NCBI GenBank assembly: GCA_964217375.1
Contig: CAXPJQ010000059.1
Span: forward strand, 11,208 to 75,207
DNA: 64,000 nt
Direction: 5' to 3'
Source: Bdellovibrionales bacterium
Lineage (GTDB): Archaea > Nanobdellota > Nanobdellia > Woesearchaeales > UBA583
In this document: piece after piece, positions 63,419 to 64,000 of the stretch
How the letters are laid out: every line of letters starts with the position of its first letter
How positions within the stretch are numbered: position 1 is the first letter of the stretch
The notes under the pieces: generated by a model
What the model saw: the letters and a program-made list of their open reading frames with translations, nothing else
Database searches by the model: none
Told to the model about the DNA's origin: nothing
Made by a program: the position numbers and the translations under genes

Positions 63419-64000
63419 TTATATCAATTTTTGAATTATTTAACATTAAAACCCTATTACATATCTTTTCAACTTCTTCTAAATTATGACTCACAAAAAT
63501 TACACTAACTCCATCTTTATTAATTTCTTTAATGTAATCAAGAAGCTCATCTCTTAATTTAAAATCTAAATTTGCAGTTGGTTCATCTAAAATTAAAATC
63601 TTTGGAGAATGTATTAATGAACATGCTAAATCTAATCTTTTTTTTTGCCCCTCAGATAAAGAAATTGATAAATTATTTCCAACCCTCTCAAGTTCAAACT
63701 TTTTAAGTAAATCTTTAATTCTTTGATTTAATTTCTCAATTTCAATGTTATAGAGTGTTCCAAAATATTCGAGGTTATCTTTTAGTGAGAGTTCATCATA
63801 AAATGAATGGTTTTGTGAAGAATATCCAAGTAAATTTTTTCTCTCTTTAACAAAAGCTGAACCAAACGAATGAGAATTAAATTTTATTTTCCCCTCATCT
63901 TTTTTTTCAAGACCACAAATTAAATTTAATAATGTTGATTTTCCTTGTCCTGAAAATCCAACAATTCCTAAAATTTCTCCCTCAAATAACTCAAAAGAAA
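63363..64000 (-). CDS. ABC transporter ATP-binding protein (5'-truncated by window edge)
   Basis: Hand translation of the minus strand gives '…FEGEILGIVGFSGQGKSTLLNLICGL…LSEGQKKRLDLACSL…ILILDEPTANLD…FVSHNLEEV…KNG*'. Walker A, signature, Walker B and H-loop are all present. The N-terminus lies beyond 64000. Confidence 0.8.
   Translation of the reverse strand, partial: SFELFEGEILGIVGFSGQGKSTLLNLICGLEKKDEGKIKFNSHSFGSAFVKERKNLLGYSSQNHSFYDELSLKDNLEYFGTLYNIEIEKLNQRIKDLLKKFELERVGNNLSISLSEGQKKRLDLACSLIHSPKILILDEPTANLDFKLRDELLDYIKEINKDGVSVIFVSHNLEEVEKICNRVLMLNNSKIDIIENPKQVQSHFKRFIKNG

Overview
Probable archaeal chromosome segment, about 64 kb and very AT-rich. The proteome is rich in Lys, Ile and Asn, and the genes are mostly tightly packed. 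Archaeal-type housekeeping genes are recognisable from their motifs: membrane-anchored LonB, FtsZ, aIF5B, archaeal PheS/PheT, a PriS-like primase, Bud32, TrmY, ScpA, ScpB and a tRNA-Lys(CUU) with no encoded CCA. Assignment to a small-genome, DPANN-like archaeon is an inference from these genes and the composition.

The core region (1–28 kb and 54–64 kb) carries translation, division and tRNA-modification genes, Fe-S assembly (SufC, SufU), two ferredoxins and a voltage-gated K+ channel.

The middle of the window, about 28.3–53.2 kb, looks like an accessory region. On the minus strand, a string of roughly 25 co-directional genes with overlapping or 2–4 nt junctions runs from 47.8 kb down to 30.2 kb. 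It contains:
- eleven paralogous ~265-aa polytopic membrane proteins sharing the C-terminal motif 'W(K/H)(I/Y)GLKKYEA(F/Y)G', consistent with ABC-2/DUF990-type permeases. Eight are in one tandem array, two lie upstream of the ATPase, and one is an orphan at 52.4 kb.
- one ABC ATPase and one fused TMD-NBD ABC exporter.
- a YhcG/DUF1016-type PD-(D/E)xK nuclease wedged between the ATPase and the permease array.
- a compact cluster of small-molecule-modifying enzymes: an APH-like kinase, three GNATs, an ANT-like nucleotidyltransferase and an S51 peptidase.
- two paralogous tandem-duplicated Lrp/AsnC regulators flanking a methyltransferase and a fourth GNAT.

Separate smaller observations:
- a HAD hydrolase paralog broken by an in-frame TAA.
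- a 34-aa ribosomal L41e-like ORF missing from the ORF track.
- a 47/48-bp direct repeat pair bracketing about 0.9 kb.
- a 3'-end frameshift in one permease paralog.

No CRISPR array, rRNA, integrase or transposase was seen.
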